From an uncultured Gammaproteobacteria bacterium (lineage in GTDB: Bacteria; Pseudomonadota; Gammaproteobacteria; HyVt-429), in assembly GCA_947259975.1 (NCBI GenBank), contig CAMYOD010000037.1, forward strand, positions 9,522 to 73,521: a DNA stretch of 64,000 bases. Direction: 5' to 3'. Position numbers and translations under genes: made by a program. This document shows, one piece after another, positions 39,139 to 51,822 of the stretch; position 1 is the first letter of the stretch; every line of letters begins with the position of its first letter. Below the pieces are notes generated by a model that saw only the letters and a program-made list of their open reading frames with translations, was not told where the DNA came from and made no database searches.

Positions 39139-39789
39139 ATGGAAATACTCACACAAATTCGTGCGTTGGTTGCGCCGCTTGATCGCGCCAATGTGGACAC
39201 CGACGCCATCATTCCGAAGCAGTTTCTGAAATCCATCAAGCGTACGGGTTTTGGGCCCAATCTCTTCGACGCATGGCGCTATCTGGACCATGGTGAACCG
39301 GGCATGGATTGTTCAACACGGCGACTCGATCCCGATTTCGTTTTGAATGCGTCGCGCTACCAGGGTGCACAGATTCTTCTCGCGCGGGACAACTTCGGCT
39401 GTGGTTCGTCCCGTGAGCACGCGCCGTGGGCGTTGTTGGATGCCGGTTTCCGCGTGATCATTGCACCCAGTTTTGCCGACATTTTCTATAACAACTGTTT
39501 CAAGAACGGCATCTTGCCCATTACGCTCCCGGCACACGTTGTGGATGAGTTATTCAGCGAGACCACGGCGACCGAGGGGTATACGCTGGATGTTGATCTC
39601 GAGGCACGGACGATCACCAAGCCGGATGACAGTCGCATTAGTTTCGACATCGACGAATTCCGCAGACACTGTCTTTTAAATGGGCTCGATGACATCGCTT
39701 TGACGTTACAACATGTGGACGAGATTCGCGCCTACGAAACACGCCGCCGCGCGGAAGCACCGTGGCTGTTTCCGGAATCGGCGTCCTGA
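39139..39789 (+). CDS. leuD: 3-isopropylmalate dehydratase small subunit
   Basis: [13 protein letters not shown] and [15 protein letters not shown]; start at ATG 39139. Confidence 0.97.
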   Translation: MEILTQIRALVAPLDRANVDTDAIIPKQFLKSIKRTGFGPNLFDAWRYLDHGEPGMDCSTRRLDPDFVLNASRYQGAQILLARDNFGCGSSREHAPWALLDAGFRVIIAPSFADIFYNNCFKNGILPITLPAHVVDELFSETTATEGYTLDVDLEARTITKPDDSRISFDIDEFRRHCLLNGLDDIALTLQHVDEIRAYETRRRAEAPWLFPESAS

Positions 39790-39823
39790 CGGCATGTACG
39801 GCGCGTAACAGCGGGATAAGGGT

Positions 39824-40906
39824 ATGACGAATAAGATTGCGGTACTGCCCGGGGACGGCATTGGTCCCGAGATCGTGGCCGAGGCGATAAAGGTGCTGGA
39901 ATGTCTGCGGCAGGATTTCGGCCTCGAAGTGGAACTGGAGTCCGCGGTCGTCGGTGGCGCCGGTTATGACGCCCATGGCGTGCCACTGCCACCGGCGACG
40001 TTGGATTTGGCGCGTGCCGCCGACGCGGTGCTGCTCGGGGCTGTCGGGGGCCCGCAATGGGAGTCCCTCGATATCGCCGTGCGCCCGGAAAGGGCGCTTC
40101 TGCAACTGCGCTCGGAGTTGGCGCTGTTCGCCAATCTACGCCCGGCGGTGCTGTTTCCGCAGCTTGCCGCGGCTTCCACGCTCAAGCCCGAAGTGGTCGC
40201 CGGGCTCGACATCATGATCGTGCGTGAACTGACCGGTGGTATCTATTTTGGCACGCCGCGTGGCGTGCATACGCGTACGGATGGGCAGCGCGAGGGCGTC
40301 AATACTTTGGTGTATGCCGAACACGAGATAGCCCGCATCGCGCGGGTCGCGTTTGATATCGCCACCAGGCGTGGCCGTCGTGTGTGCTCCGTCGATAAGG
40401 CAAATGTACTTGAATGTACCGAGTTGTGGCGCGAGGTCGTGACACAGGTGGCGGGGGATTACCCGGACATCGAACTCACGCACATGTACGTGGACAACGC
40501 CGCCATGCAGCTGGTACGTGACCCAAAGCAATTCGATGTGCTCGTGACCACGAACATGTTTGGGGATATCCTGTCCGATGCAGCGGCGATGCTGACCGGT
40601 TCCATCGGCATGCTGCCCTCGGCCTCGCTCGATGCACAGAGCAAGGGCATGTATGAGCCGATTCATGGCTCCGCACCGGACATCGCCGGCCGCGGCGTCG
40701 CCAACCCCTTGGCGACGATTCTGTCGTTGGCGATGATGTTGCGTTACACTTTGAATCAGCCGGAGTACGCCGTGCGCATCGAGGCTGCGGTGGCCCGGGT
40801 CCTTGATCAGGGCCTGCGTACCGCCGACATCTTCGCCGGTGACGGCGAGCAAGTGAGGACCGCGCAAATGGGCGATGCCGTCGTTGCCGCGTTACGTTCG
40901 TCGTAG
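39824..40906 (+). CDS. leuB: 3-isopropylmalate dehydrogenase
   Basis: [15 protein letters not shown] and [12 protein letters not shown]. Confidence 0.98.
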   Translation: MTNKIAVLPGDGIGPEIVAEAIKVLECLRQDFGLEVELESAVVGGAGYDAHGVPLPPATLDLARAADAVLLGAVGGPQWESLDIAVRPERALLQLRSELALFANLRPAVLFPQLAAASTLKPEVVAGLDIMIVRELTGGIYFGTPRGVHTRTDGQREGVNTLVYAEHEIARIARVAFDIATRRGRRVCSVDKANVLECTELWREVVTQVAGDYPDIELTHMYVDNAAMQLVRDPKQFDVLVTTNMFGDILSDAAAMLTGSIGMLPSASLDAQSKGMYEPIHGSAPDIAGRGVANPLATILSLAMMLRYTLNQPEYAVRIEAAVARVLDQGLRTADIFAGDGEQVRTAQMGDAVVAALRSS

Positions 40907-41038
40907 TTCCGTTCCCCGCTGTATTCCCCAACAATGGCTTGACCATCTGCCGGTCTGCGCACTACCTTCGGTCGCCGGAGTCGGGAAGCTCACCGGCATA
41001 TACAGGTTACTTGTCTATACTGCATACAACAGAGGTTA

Positions 41039-42061
<1,023 letters not shown>

Positions 42062-42163
42062 ACCATAGGTTATTTGCTATACATAAAGAGTGATCCCAGA
42101 ATCTAGCCCTAACTAACAGAAAAATAACTATTTTCTGGGTGTTTGGGTGGAGGCCCAGAGCCG

Positions 42164-45100
42164 ATGACCAATAATTTGCCCGCCGTGGCTATACGTTTGC
42201 TGCTTTTCATCCTGTTGGCCGCTTGGCCGTTTGCGGGCTGGGCCCTGGGCCTTGGTCAGTTGAGTATGAAGTCCGCGCTCGACGAGCCGTTGGTGGCCGA
42301 GATTGAGCTGTTGGCCGTGGAAGCCGCCGAACGGGGCACTATCGAAGCGTCGTTAGCGCCGGTCGAGGAATTCGCCAAGGCGGGGGTGGGCCGCCCGCAG
42401 CACCTGGGCGCCATCACATTCGCTGTCGCGAGCCGGCCCGATGGCCGAACCTTCATCAAACTTACCACCGAAGAATCCCTGCGCGAACCGTTTCTGCACT
42501 TCCTTGTGCAAGTCGAATGGAGCGGCGGCCGTTTGCTGCGTGAGTACACGGCACTGCTGGATCCGCCCCTGTATGCAAAGGGTCCTGCCCCGGCCGTGAC
42601 CGCACCGACCGTGTCGGCGCCCGTCGTGACACCCGCACCGGAACCGGCAGCACCCGTGGCGGAGCCGGCGGCACCCTCCGCCGTGGCCGTGAGCCCGGTG
42701 TCCGAATTGCTCGGACCACCGATTGTCGAACAGGGCGTGCCGCTGGATTTGCGTGCCGATGTCGCGGCACCGACGGCACCGATGGCGGTAGCACAACAGA
42801 TCGGGCCGACGCAGCGGGGCGATTCACTGTGGGTACTGGCGTCACGGCTCAAACAACAGATGGACCTGAGTGAATATCAGATCATGCTGGCGTTGTTGCG
42901 GGAAAACCCGGAGGCCTTCATCGAGAACAACATGAACCGCCTCAAGCGCGGTCGTGTTCTCAAGGTGCCACCCCGGGAAACGGTGTCTGCGATCCCGCTC
43001 GCCGAGGCGACGCGGGATTACGCCGTCCAACTTGAACAATGGCAGGAATACAAGAGCGCCGTCGCGCAAGTCGCACCGAGCGTGAAAGCGAAGGCCGAAC
43101 CAACCGCCGAACCTGTCGCGGAGACAAAACCCATGGCGGAGGTCGCCGCCGCTGAGGCCGGTGAAGCCGCCGCTGAGGCCGGTGAAGCCGCCGCTGAGGT
43201 ACCCGCGCCCGACACCAAGGCGGCCGCGGCGGTCGATGCCGCCGAGGCTGAGGCACCCGCGGCGAAGGCTGAGATGGCGGTAGCGGGTAAGGCCGAGGCG
43301 GCCGCCGCAGCCGGTGACCGGCTGCGCATCGTGCAGGCGACCCTGGACAAGGATCAGGCGGCCGAGGCGGCGCAGCAGGCGGGCGCCGGCTCCGCGGAGA
43401 CCGCCAGTGGCGAAGCCGTCAAGCTACGCGATGAGATCGCGACGCTCGAGGAAGCGCTTGCCGCTCGCGAGATGGAAAACACGGAGCTACGCGAGCGGGT
43501 CAAACTGCTCGAAGAGCAGGTATCCAACGCGACGCGTCTGATCGAATTGCAGGATCAGGATCTTGCCCTGGCGCAACAACAAGCGGACAGTGCCCAGCGT
43601 GAGGCCGCGGTCGCCAAGACCGAGGCGGAAGTTGCGCAGGCCGAAGCGGCACGGCGTGTACCGGGTGCAACCGAAGAGGTCGTCACGCCGCCGGCGCAAC
43701 CGGCACCTGCCGTGACCACGCCGCAACCACGGGTGGCCCCGGGTCGCGTGACGCGGGCACCGTCGAAGAGCCTGTTGGAAAAGGCCAAGGATTTTCTTGC
43801 GTCGCCGTTCGGCATAGGTCTGGGCGGTGTCGCTGCGTTAGTGCTGGGCGTACTCGGCTTGTGGTTCTTCCGGATGCGCCGCGCCCGCGCAGAATTTGAG
43901 GAAAGTATTCTCGACGGCACGGCGATGGACTCGGTCACCGAGACCTCGGCACAAACCGCCGCCGGCACCGGGCCGACCAGCGACACGTCGTTCCTGAGTG
44001 ACTTCGGCGTGCCGGGTATGGGCAGCATGCAGGCGGACGAAGTGGACCCCCTGGCCGAAGCGGAGGTTTACCTTGCGTATGGACGCAGCGAACAGGCCGA
44101 AGAGGTTCTCAAGGAGGCCATTGGGAAAAACGCCGAGCGCGATGAGTTGAAGCTCAAACTGCTCGAGATCTATGAACAGCGCAGTGACGTCAAGGCCTTC
44201 GAGACCCTCGCCGAGGAGATGTACCCGGCGGCGGGTCAGGACGAAGGCGGTCTTTGGACCAAGGTCAGCGAGATGGGGAGCCGTCTGAATCCCGACAACC
44301 CATTATTCAAGGCCGCCGCGGTCGTGACCGCCGGCGCCGCCGCCGCGGGACTTGCCGGCGCAGTGGAATCCACGGAGACGCCTGGCACGGAAGACTTCGA
44401 GCCGTTCCCGGAACCCGATGAGGCGGGTGATCTAGCGCTGGATCTGGCCGATGTGGTCGGTGAGGCGGAAGAGGATACGGGCTTCGAGGGCCCGGCCGAG
44501 ATCTCCGGCGCCAGTCTGGAGATGCCGGATGAACTCGGTCTGCCAGCGGATCTTGACCTCGAATCCGCGCTGGAAGATCAGGGTACCCAGGAAATGGAAA
44601 CCCTCGATGTGGGCACGACCGAGGAAATGGAGGCGGCCAGCATTCCCGGGCTCGAGGATGTCGATCTTGATCTCGGCGGTGAGAGCGTAACCGACGAAAC
44701 GCCGGCGACCCAGATCATGGATGCCGCGGAAATGGCCGCCGCGTCCGGCGCGGCGACGGACACCCTTAAGATGAGCAGTGATGAACTGCTGGATACCGCA
44801 GAGCTGTCGCTGGATACCGAGGAGGACCTCCTCAAGACCGATGAACTCGAACTCCCCCCCGGAGCCACGCCGACCGAGGAATTCACGCTGGATTCCCTTG
44901 AGCTGCCGGATGATGCCACAGAGACGCTGGACCTGGCCGACGCAGCGGAGGCCGCAGCCGGCGAAGACACCCAGGAGATCACCCTTGCTGACGATACCCT
45001 GGCGATGGCGAATGAACTTGTCGATGATACCCGCGAGTTGCGTCTGGATGACGCCAGTGCGGCGGGGCTTGGTGCCGCCACCGCATCCACGGACGAACCG

Positions 45101-45292
45101 GTGGATGATGCGGTGACGCCGAGTCAGCAGATGCGCTGGGACGAGACCGCAACCAAATTGGATCTGGCCAAGGCCTATATCGACATGGGCGATGAGCCCG
45201 GTGCGCGCAGCATTCTCGATGAAGTCCTGGCCGAGGGCAGCGATACGCAGAAACGACAGGCCCAGGATCTGGCGTCCGAGCTCGGCGCTTAG
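42164..45292 (+). CDS. fimV: FimV/HubP polar landmark protein
   Basis: ALGLG N-terminus, LLREYTALLDPP, LysM-like region, coiled coil, TM, EVDPLAEAEVYLAYGR, acidic region and C-terminal TKLDLAKAYIDMGD. Confidence 0.94.
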   Translation: MTNNLPAVAIRLLLFILLAAWPFAGWALGLGQLSMKSALDEPLVAEIELLAVEAAERGTIEASLAPVEEFAKAGVGRPQHLGAITFAVASRPDGRTFIKLTTEESLREPFLHFLVQVEWSGGRLLREYTALLDPPLYAKGPAPAVTAPTVSAPVVTPAPEPAAPVAEPAAPSAVAVSPVSELLGPPIVEQGVPLDLRADVAAPTAPMAVAQQIGPTQRGDSLWVLASRLKQQMDLSEYQIMLALLRENPEAFIENNMNRLKRGRVLKVPPRETVSAIPLAEATRDYAVQLEQWQEYKSAVAQVAPSVKAKAEPTAEPVAETKPMAEVAAAEAGEAAAEAGEAAAEVPAPDTKAAAAVDAAEAEAPAAKAEMAVAGKAEAAAAAGDRLRIVQATLDKDQAAEAAQQAGAGSAETASGEAVKLRDEIATLEEALAAREMENTELRERVKLLEEQVSNATRLIELQDQDLALAQQQADSAQREAAVAKTEAEVAQAEAARRVPGATEEVVTPPAQPAPAVTTPQPRVAPGRVTRAPSKSLLEKAKDFLASPFGIGLGGVAALVLGVLGLWFFRMRRARAEFEESILDGTAMDSVTETSAQTAAGTGPTSDTSFLSDFGVPGMGSMQADEVDPLAEAEVYLAYGRSEQAEEVLKEAIGKNAERDELKLKLLEIYEQRSDVKAFETLAEEMYPAAGQDEGGLWTKVSEMGSRLNPDNPLFKAAAVVTAGAAAAGLAGAVESTETPGTEDFEPFPEPDEAGDLALDLADVVGEAEEDTGFEGPAEISGASLEMPDELGLPADLDLESALEDQGTQEMETLDVGTTEEMEAASIPGLEDVDLDLGGESVTDETPATQIMDAAEMAAASGAATDTLKMSSDELLDTAELSLDTEEDLLKTDELELPPGATPTEEFTLDSLELPDDATETLDLADAAEAAAGEDTQEITLADDTLAMANELVDDTRELRLDDASAAGLGAATASTDEPVDDAVTPSQQMRWDETATKLDLAKAYIDMGDEPGARSILDEVLAEGSDTQKRQAQDLASELGA
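43145..43199 (+). repeat. 21-bp in-frame tandem repeat within fimV
   Basis: GCCGCCGCTGAGGCCGGTGAA x about 2.6, encoding AAAEAGE. Confidence 0.9.
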
Positions 45293-45425
45293 CACCCCAT
45301 ACCGGCGCCGGGCACGGCCGTGAGGCCCGGCATTCCGGCGGCGTCATTACATCGGTCAACGTTCCTCGCGACACCCGGCCTGGTGTAACCTCATCACGCA
45401 TTCGCTGCCGTTTGCGCTACACATC

Positions 45426-46121
45426 ATGACTCACCCCGTACTGCGTCTGGTCCTGTTCATCGGCCTGTGTCTGACGGCGGCGCGTTTGAGCTGGTTTGCA
45501 CTGGCGGCAATGTGGTTGGGCTTGATCGGATGTGGCCTGGGGCTGGGCTCCGGGCTTGGCCGCCTGGGGATTCTGCTACGTCGCTCGCGCTGGTTGTTCG
45601 TCTCCATCCTGGTTTTCTATCTTGGCTTCACACCCGGTGAGCCGATATTGCCGGCCGTGTCGTTTTGGTCGCCGAGCGTCGTGGGAGTCGAGCAGGGCAC
45701 ACGGCGGGTGCTCGTGTTATTGGTAATAATCACCGCGGTGAGCCTGTTGCTGCGCTATACGCCACGCCCGGCATTGCTCGCCGGCCTGTACGGTCTCGCG
45801 ACGCCCTTGCGATGGGTCGGTGTGGCCCGGGATCGTCTCGCCGTACGATTGCTGTTGACCCTCGAGTACGCCGCATCGATAGACAAAACCTTGGCGCAGG
45901 CATCGCAGGATCACAATCGCACGAACGCGGTGCAAGAGGGTTACCTGGCACATTTGGCCGCCAAGGCGACCGACGCCTATACTTCGGTGCTGAGCGCCGG
46001 CCAACAGGCCGAATTGATCGAACTCGAACTACCGCGTGTTGGACGGTTGCGAGCCGTGGATCTTGTCTCGGCGGCATTGCTCGGCGCCCCGCTGGCGATA
46101 TTGTGGTGGTTTGCACCGTGA
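45426..46121 (+). CDS. ECF transporter T-component (CbiQ/EcfT)-like membrane protein
   Basis: HP N-terminus, several TM segments, LLAGLYGLATPL..G...RLAVRLLLTLEY; overlaps the truA start. Confidence 0.65.
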   Translation: MTHPVLRLVLFIGLCLTAARLSWFALAAMWLGLIGCGLGLGSGLGRLGILLRRSRWLFVSILVFYLGFTPGEPILPAVSFWSPSVVGVEQGTRRVLVLLVIITAVSLLLRYTPRPALLAGLYGLATPLRWVGVARDRLAVRLLLTLEYAASIDKTLAQASQDHNRTNAVQEGYLAHLAAKATDAYTSVLSAGQQAELIELELPRVGRLRAVDLVSAALLGAPLAILWWFAP

Positions 46122-46897
46122 GGATCGCGGCAGGCATCGAATACGACGGCAGTGGATTTTCCGGATGGCAATTGCAGGCGGGAGCACGCACGGTACAGGC
46201 TGCGGTCGAGCAAGCCTTCGCAACCGTTGCCGACCAGCCGGTTCGGGCCATCACCGCCGGACGTACGGACGCGGGAGTGCATGCCGCATGTCAGGTGGTG
46301 CACTTCGATACGAACGCACATCGGAGCGATTACTCATGGACCCGTGGTGCGACCAGCAACCTGCCCGAGGATGTGGCCTGTCTCTGGACGCGGGTCGTGG
46401 ACGCGGATTTCCATGCCCGCTTCTCCGCTACCGAGCGGCGTTATCGCTATGTAATTCTCAACCGGTCGATACGGCCAACCTTCCTGGCACGGCGCGTCGC
46501 CTGGGAGCGGCGTCCGCTGGACGTGCAGCGTATGCAGCTCGCTGCCGACCTTCTGCTGGGTGAACACGACTTCAGTGCGTTCCGCGCCGTGGGCTGCCAG
46601 GCGAAATCGCCGGTGCGCGAACTGCGCCGTCTGGATGTATTTCGCCGCGCGGGGTTTATCTGCATCGATGCCCATGCGAATGCTTTTCTGCAGCATATGG
46701 TGCGCAATCTGGCGGGTGTGCTTTTGTCGATCGGTGCCGGCGAGCGCGCGCCGGAATGGGCCGGCGAGGTACTGGCGACCCGTGACCGTACCCGGGGGGG
46801 CGTGACCGCCCCGCCGGAGGGCTTGTATCTCACCGGCATCATCTATCCCGCGAAATATGAGCTGCCTTCCTATCCCGAGCCGCATCTGTTCTGGTAA
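46118..46897 (+). CDS. truA: tRNA pseudouridine(38-40) synthase
   Basis: EYDGSGFSGWQ, AGRTDAGVHA, FHARFSA and FLQHMVRN; GTG start. Confidence 0.97.
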   Translation: MRIAAGIEYDGSGFSGWQLQAGARTVQAAVEQAFATVADQPVRAITAGRTDAGVHAACQVVHFDTNAHRSDYSWTRGATSNLPEDVACLWTRVVDADFHARFSATERRYRYVILNRSIRPTFLARRVAWERRPLDVQRMQLAADLLLGEHDFSAFRAVGCQAKSPVRELRRLDVFRRAGFICIDAHANAFLQHMVRNLAGVLLSIGAGERAPEWAGEVLATRDRTRGGVTAPPEGLYLTGIIYPAKYELPSYPEPHLFW

Positions 46898-46930
46898 ATT
46901 CGTCGCTCATTCAGCGAGGCCGACGGCAGT

Positions 46931-47545
46931 ATGCGAACACGGATAAAGATTTGTGGCATTACATCGTTGGAAGATGCCCACGCGGCAGTACATGCCGGCG
47001 CCGACGCCATCGGTCTGGTGTTTCACGATGCCAGCCCGCGCCATGTGGCTGTCGAAACGGCACATGCCATCGCCTGGGCCCTGCCGCCATTTGTCACTGT
47101 GGTGGGGTTGTTTGTCGATGCGCCAGCGGAGCGGATCGCGGCGGTTCTGGATGCGGTCCCACTTGGCCTGATCCAGTTCCACGGCGCGGAAACCGCCGAC
47201 GACTGTCGGCGTTATGGGCGTCCGTATATCAAGGCGATTCCCATGCGCGCAGACGTGGATCTGGCGCATGCCGCCGCGGCCTATCCGGATGCCGCGGCCT
47301 TGCTGGTGGATAGCCACCATGCGGCTATGGCGGGCGGCAGCGGCGAGACCTTTGATTGGACGCGCCTGCCCGCGAGCCTGGGTAGACCCCTCGTACTCGC
47401 CGGCGGTTTGACGCCCGGCAACGTCGCCCAAGCGGTTGCCATGGTGCGACCCTATGCGGTGGATGTCAGCAGCGGCGTGGAAAAGAGGCGCGGCGTCAAA
47501 GATACGGATAAAATGGCCGCCTTTGTGCGCGCAGTAGTCGAATGA
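46931..47545 (+). CDS. trpF: Phosphoribosylanthranilate isomerase
   Basis: KICGIT, GGSGETFDW, LAGGL and VDVSSGVE. Confidence 0.97.
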   Translation: MRTRIKICGITSLEDAHAAVHAGADAIGLVFHDASPRHVAVETAHAIAWALPPFVTVVGLFVDAPAERIAAVLDAVPLGLIQFHGAETADDCRRYGRPYIKAIPMRADVDLAHAAAAYPDAAALLVDSHHAAMAGGSGETFDWTRLPASLGRPLVLAGGLTPGNVAQAVAMVRPYAVDVSSGVEKRRGVKDTDKMAAFVRAVVE

Positions 47546-47557
47546 GGAATGAATTGA

Positions 47558-48757
47558 ATGGGTGCTTACGCATTACCTGATGCAGGAGGTCATTTCGGGA
47601 TCTACGGCGGTTCGTTTGTCGCCGAGACTCTGATGGAGCCACTCGCCGAGTTGCGTGTGGCCTACAAACAGTATCTTCGGGACCCGGAGTTCTTAAAGGT
47701 CCTCGATGAGGATCTGCGCCAATATGTGGGGCGACCGAGCCCGCTCTATTTTGCCGCGCGTCTGACCGAGACCTGGGGCGGTGCGCGGATCTACCTCAAA
47801 CGCGAGGACCTCAATCACACCGGTGCGCACAAGATCAATAACACCGTCGGCCAGGCATTACTGGCGCAGCGTCTGGGCAAGACTCGAATCATCGCGGAAA
47901 CCGGCGCCGGACAACACGGCGTCGCCACCGCCACGGTCGCCGCGCGCCTGGGCTTGGAATGTGTCGTCTACATGGGTGCCGAGGACATCAAACGCCAGGC
48001 AATCAATGTGTACCGTATGCGCCTGCTTGGTGCCGACGTGATAGCCGTGGAATCCGGCTCCAGCACGCTCAAAGACGCGCTCAATGAGGCGATGCGGGAT
48101 TGGGTCACCAATGTGGACGATACTTTCTATATCATTGGTACCGTCGCCGGCCCCGATCCCTACCCGGCCATGGTGCGCGATCTGCAGGCCGTGATCGGGC
48201 GCGAGGCACGCGAGCAGATACTCACCCAGGAGGGGCGCCTGCCGGACGCCCTGGTGGCCTGTGTGGGCGGCGGTTCCAACGCAATCGGCCTGTTTTATCC
48301 CTTTCTCGAGGACGAAGCCGTGGCACTCCACGGCGTGGAAGCGGCGGGTGAGGGTCTGGATACGGGTCACCATGCGGCACCACTGTGCGCTGGAAAACCG
48401 GGTGTATTGCACGGCAACCGCACTTATCTGATGGAAGACCAGGACGGTCAGATCATACACACCCACTCTATCTCCGCCGGGCTCGACTACCCGGGCGTCG
48501 GGCCCGAGCACGCGTGGCTGAGAGACAGCGGTCGCGCCACCTACGTGGCGGTGACCGATGATGAGGCGCTGGCGGCATTTCATGAATTGACGCGGGTCGA
48601 GGGCATCCTGCCGGCACTCGAGTCCAGTCATGCGCTGGCCTATACATCAAAACTCGCCCGCGACCTCGGCCGCGACGGTGTCATCATTGTGAATCTCTCC
48701 GGGCGTGGCGATAAGGATGTGCACACGATCGCAGAGCGCGAGGGGATCGAGATCTGA
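47558..48757 (+). CDS. trpB: Tryptophan synthase beta chain
   Basis: [17 protein letters not shown] and [13 protein letters not shown]. Confidence 0.98.
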   Translation: MGAYALPDAGGHFGIYGGSFVAETLMEPLAELRVAYKQYLRDPEFLKVLDEDLRQYVGRPSPLYFAARLTETWGGARIYLKREDLNHTGAHKINNTVGQALLAQRLGKTRIIAETGAGQHGVATATVAARLGLECVVYMGAEDIKRQAINVYRMRLLGADVIAVESGSSTLKDALNEAMRDWVTNVDDTFYIIGTVAGPDPYPAMVRDLQAVIGREAREQILTQEGRLPDALVACVGGGSNAIGLFYPFLEDEAVALHGVEAAGEGLDTGHHAAPLCAGKPGVLHGNRTYLMEDQDGQIIHTHSISAGLDYPGVGPEHAWLRDSGRATYVAVTDDEALAAFHELTRVEGILPALESSHALAYTSKLARDLGRDGVIIVNLSGRGDKDVHTIAEREGIEI

Positions 48758-49590
48758 TGTCACGCATTGACAAACGCTTTGCGGAGTTGCGCGCACAGCA
48801 GCGTGCCGCACTGGTACCGTTCATCACCGCCGGCGATCCAGCCCCGGAAGTAACGGTGCCCTTGATGCACGCCATGGTGGCGGCGGGCGCGGATATTATT
48901 GAACTTGGGGTACCGTTCTCCGATCCCATGGCGGAAGGGCCGGCCATACAACGTGCCTGCGAGCGTGCGCTCGAGCACCATGTGAGCCTGCACGACGTCC
49001 TGGCGATGGTACAGCGCTTCCGTGCCGATGATGACAGTACGCCGGTCGTCGTCATGGGCTATCTCAATCCCGTCGAGGTCATGGGCTACGAAACCTTCGC
49101 CGCGGCCGCGGCGGCCGCGGGTGTGGACGGGGCGCTGACCGTCGATCTTCCGCCGGAAGAGGCGGACGCCTATATCCGCGCCTTGCGCGAATCCCATGTC
49201 GACACCATCTTTTTGTTGGCACCCACCACCAGCGACGCACGCATAGAGCGTATCTGCGGCGCCAGCTCCGGATTCGTATACTATGTGTCTCTGCGCGGTG
49301 TGACCGGCGCCGCGCATTTGGATTTAACCGAGGTCGCCGATAAGCTTGCGCAAATACGCTCGCATACCGATGCCCCGGTAGGCGTCGGTTTTGGGATCCA
49401 TACCGCGGCCGTGGCGGCGCAGGTTGCGCAGCTGGCCGACGCGGTCATCGTCGGCAGCGCGATCGTGAAGCGTATCGAGGCACTTGCCGGCGAACCGGAG
49501 CGGATACCTGCGGAGGTGGGCGCTTTCATTCGTGAACTGCGCGAAGCCATCACGTCCACAACTAAAATGACAAACGCGATAAACGAATGA
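48757..49590 (+). CDS. trpA: Tryptophan synthase alpha chain
   Basis: [18 protein letters not shown] and VGFGI. Confidence 0.98.
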   Translation: MSRIDKRFAELRAQQRAALVPFITAGDPAPEVTVPLMHAMVAAGADIIELGVPFSDPMAEGPAIQRACERALEHHVSLHDVLAMVQRFRADDDSTPVVVMGYLNPVEVMGYETFAAAAAAAGVDGALTVDLPPEEADAYIRALRESHVDTIFLLAPTTSDARIERICGASSGFVYYVSLRGVTGAAHLDLTEVADKLAQIRSHTDAPVGVGFGIHTAAVAAQVAQLADAVIVGSAIVKRIEALAGEPERIPAEVGAFIRELREAITSTTKMTNAINE

Positions 49591-50444
49591 GTTGGTTCGA
49601 GAAGTTACTCCCACCCAAGATCAAAAGCGAGTCTTCCGCCGTCAAACGCGGCGTGCCCGAGGGGCTTTGGGACAAATGTTCGGCATGCAATGCGGTGCTG
49701 TACCGAGCCGAAGTCGAACGCAACATCGATGTCTGCCCGAAATGCGGTTATCACATGCGTATCGGTGCCCGCCAGCGCCTCGATCGATTCCTCGACGCGG
49801 AGCCACGCGAGGAGATCGGCGAAAATCTCCGTCCGGTGGATATGCTGAAGTTCAAGGATAGCAAGAAGTACAAGGACCGAATTACCGATGCGCAGAAAAA
49901 AACTGCCGAGAAGGACGCGCTGGTCGTGCTTGAAGGTAAGCTGAAAGGTAAACCACTGGTGGCCGCGGCGTTTGAGTTTGGTTTCATGGGTGGCTCCATG
50001 GGTTCCGTGGTGGGCGAGCGTTTCGTTCGCGCGGTGAACCGATGCATGGAAAACAACATCCCGCTGGTCTGTTTCGCGGCAAGCGGCGGCGCGCGCATGC
50101 AGGAGGCGCTTTGGTCATTGATGCAAATGGCCAAGACCAGTGCGGCGCTCGCAGCCATGGGCAAGCGGAGACTGCCCTTTATCTCCATCTTAACCGACCC
50201 CACAATGGGCGGTGTCTCGGCAAGCCTGGCCATGTTGGGCGATGTCAATATTGCGGAACCAAACGCGCTGATCGGCTTCGCCGGCCCGCGGGTGATCGAA
50301 CAGACGGTGCGCGAGACATTGCCGGAAGGATTTCAACGCGCCGAATTCCTGCTCGAGCACGGCGCCATCGACATGATCGTCGATCGCCGCGATCTGCGTG
50401 ATACGGTCCATGGCCTGCTGACACTGCTGCATCCATCATCCTGA
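49587..50444 (+). CDS. accD: Acetyl-CoA carboxylase carboxyltransferase beta subunit
   Basis: C4 zinc finger, [18 protein letters not shown] and [11 protein letters not shown]. Confidence 0.98.
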   Translation: MSWFEKLLPPKIKSESSAVKRGVPEGLWDKCSACNAVLYRAEVERNIDVCPKCGYHMRIGARQRLDRFLDAEPREEIGENLRPVDMLKFKDSKKYKDRITDAQKKTAEKDALVVLEGKLKGKPLVAAAFEFGFMGGSMGSVVGERFVRAVNRCMENNIPLVCFAASGGARMQEALWSLMQMAKTSAALAAMGKRRLPFISILTDPTMGGVSASLAMLGDVNIAEPNALIGFAGPRVIEQTVRETLPEGFQRAEFLLEHGAIDMIVDRRDLRDTVHGLLTLLHPSS

Positions 50445-50503
50445 AGCGCGACCTAATCCGCGGAGCTTCTATGCACGCCCGGCCGTGCGCGGGCGTCCAG
50501 GCC

Positions 50504-51790
50504 ATGAAAAGCAAACCCCAAAGCGTCGCCGAGTGGCAGACTTATATTGAGTCGCTGCACTCGCGCAGCATTGACCTGACCCTCGAGCGGGTGCGAGAAA
50601 TACAGCGGCGTTTGGGTCTCGAGCGCCTGGCCTGGCCGGTGGTCACCGTCGCCGGCACCAATGGCAAAGGTTCAACCGTGGCGATGTTGGAGGCCATGTT
50701 CGCGGCCGGCGGCTATCGTGTCGGCGCCTATACGTCACCGCACCTGATTCACTACAACGAGCGTATCCGCATCGCCGGTCGACCGATTGATGACGCGCTG
50801 CTGTGCGATACCTTCGCGCTGGTCGAAGACGCGCGGGGCGACATTCCCCTGACCTATTTCGAGTACGGCACACTGGCGGCGCTGCAGGTGTTCGCGGCCC
50901 AGCACCTCGATGTCACACTGCTCGAGGTCGGCCTCGGCGGGCGCCTGGACGCAGTGAACGTCATCGACGCGGATGTGGCGGTGATCACCTCTGTCGGCAT
51001 CGATCATCAAGACTGGTTGGGCCCGGATCGTGAGCAAATCGGTCGCGAGAAGGCCGGCATTTTTCGCCCCGGACACCCGGCGATTTGCGCGGAAACCGAT
51101 CCACCGGCGAGTGTGCGCGCCTATGCCCGTGAGATCGGCGCCCGGCTGGTGCTTGCCGGCCGTGATTTTTCCTATGCGCTCAGCGACGGCGGCTGGACCT
51201 GGCGCTGGGGCGACAAGACCCGCGCCGGGCTGCCCTATCCATGGCTGCGTGGCGCAGCACAACTGGCCAACGCAGCCGCCGCTCTGGCGGTAGTGGAGTG
51301 TCTCGATGCAGATCTCCCGCTGACCCAGGTGCAGGTGCGCGCGGGTCTGGAAAACTGCCGGCTTGCGGGCCGCTTTCAGACGTTGCCCGGCATACCGCGC
51401 CAGGTTCTGGACGTGGCACACAATCCAGATGCGGCGCGCGAACTGCGCGAGAATCTGCGTGCGCAGCAGGTCACCGGCAAGACCCTGGCGGTGTGCGCCA
51501 TGCTGGCCGACAAACCCATCGCCGAAGTCATGGGCATACTTGCACCGATCATGGACGGCTGGCATTTCGCATCGCTGGACGTGCCGCGCGGCGCCACGGC
51601 GGGAGAACTGAAAATCCATGCACAAACCGCCGGAATCGAGGCGCCAATGCGGACGCATGGGACTGTGGTCGCGGCCTACCGGGCGGCATGCGCGGCCGCG
51701 GCGCCTGCCGACCGGATCGTGGTGTTTGGGTCATTTTATACGGTGGGTGCTATAATGCGCGCCCAATCAATCACTTTTGAATCAAATTGA
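50504..51790 (+). CDS. folC: Dihydrofolate/folylpolyglutamate synthase
   Basis: AGTNGKGST, EVGLGGRLDA, DVAHNP and FGSFY. Confidence 0.97.
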   Translation: MKSKPQSVAEWQTYIESLHSRSIDLTLERVREIQRRLGLERLAWPVVTVAGTNGKGSTVAMLEAMFAAGGYRVGAYTSPHLIHYNERIRIAGRPIDDALLCDTFALVEDARGDIPLTYFEYGTLAALQVFAAQHLDVTLLEVGLGGRLDAVNVIDADVAVITSVGIDHQDWLGPDREQIGREKAGIFRPGHPAICAETDPPASVRAYAREIGARLVLAGRDFSYALSDGGWTWRWGDKTRAGLPYPWLRGAAQLANAAAALAVVECLDADLPLTQVQVRAGLENCRLAGRFQTLPGIPRQVLDVAHNPDAARELRENLRAQQVTGKTLAVCAMLADKPIAEVMGILAPIMDGWHFASLDVPRGATAGELKIHAQTAGIEAPMRTHGTVVAAYRAACAAAAPADRIVVFGSFYTVGAIMRAQSITFESN

Positions 51791-51822
51791 AGGCTGTTTC
51801 GATGAGTGCTGGAGCGGGAAAT

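Noticed and set aside
43145..43199. fimV 21-bp repeat as a phase-variation switch
   Set aside because: In-frame and within a low-complexity linker; ordinary FimV length variation.
45665..46117. 410-aa extended TruA
   Set aside because: The extension overlaps the EcfT-like gene; TruA motifs begin at GTG 46118.
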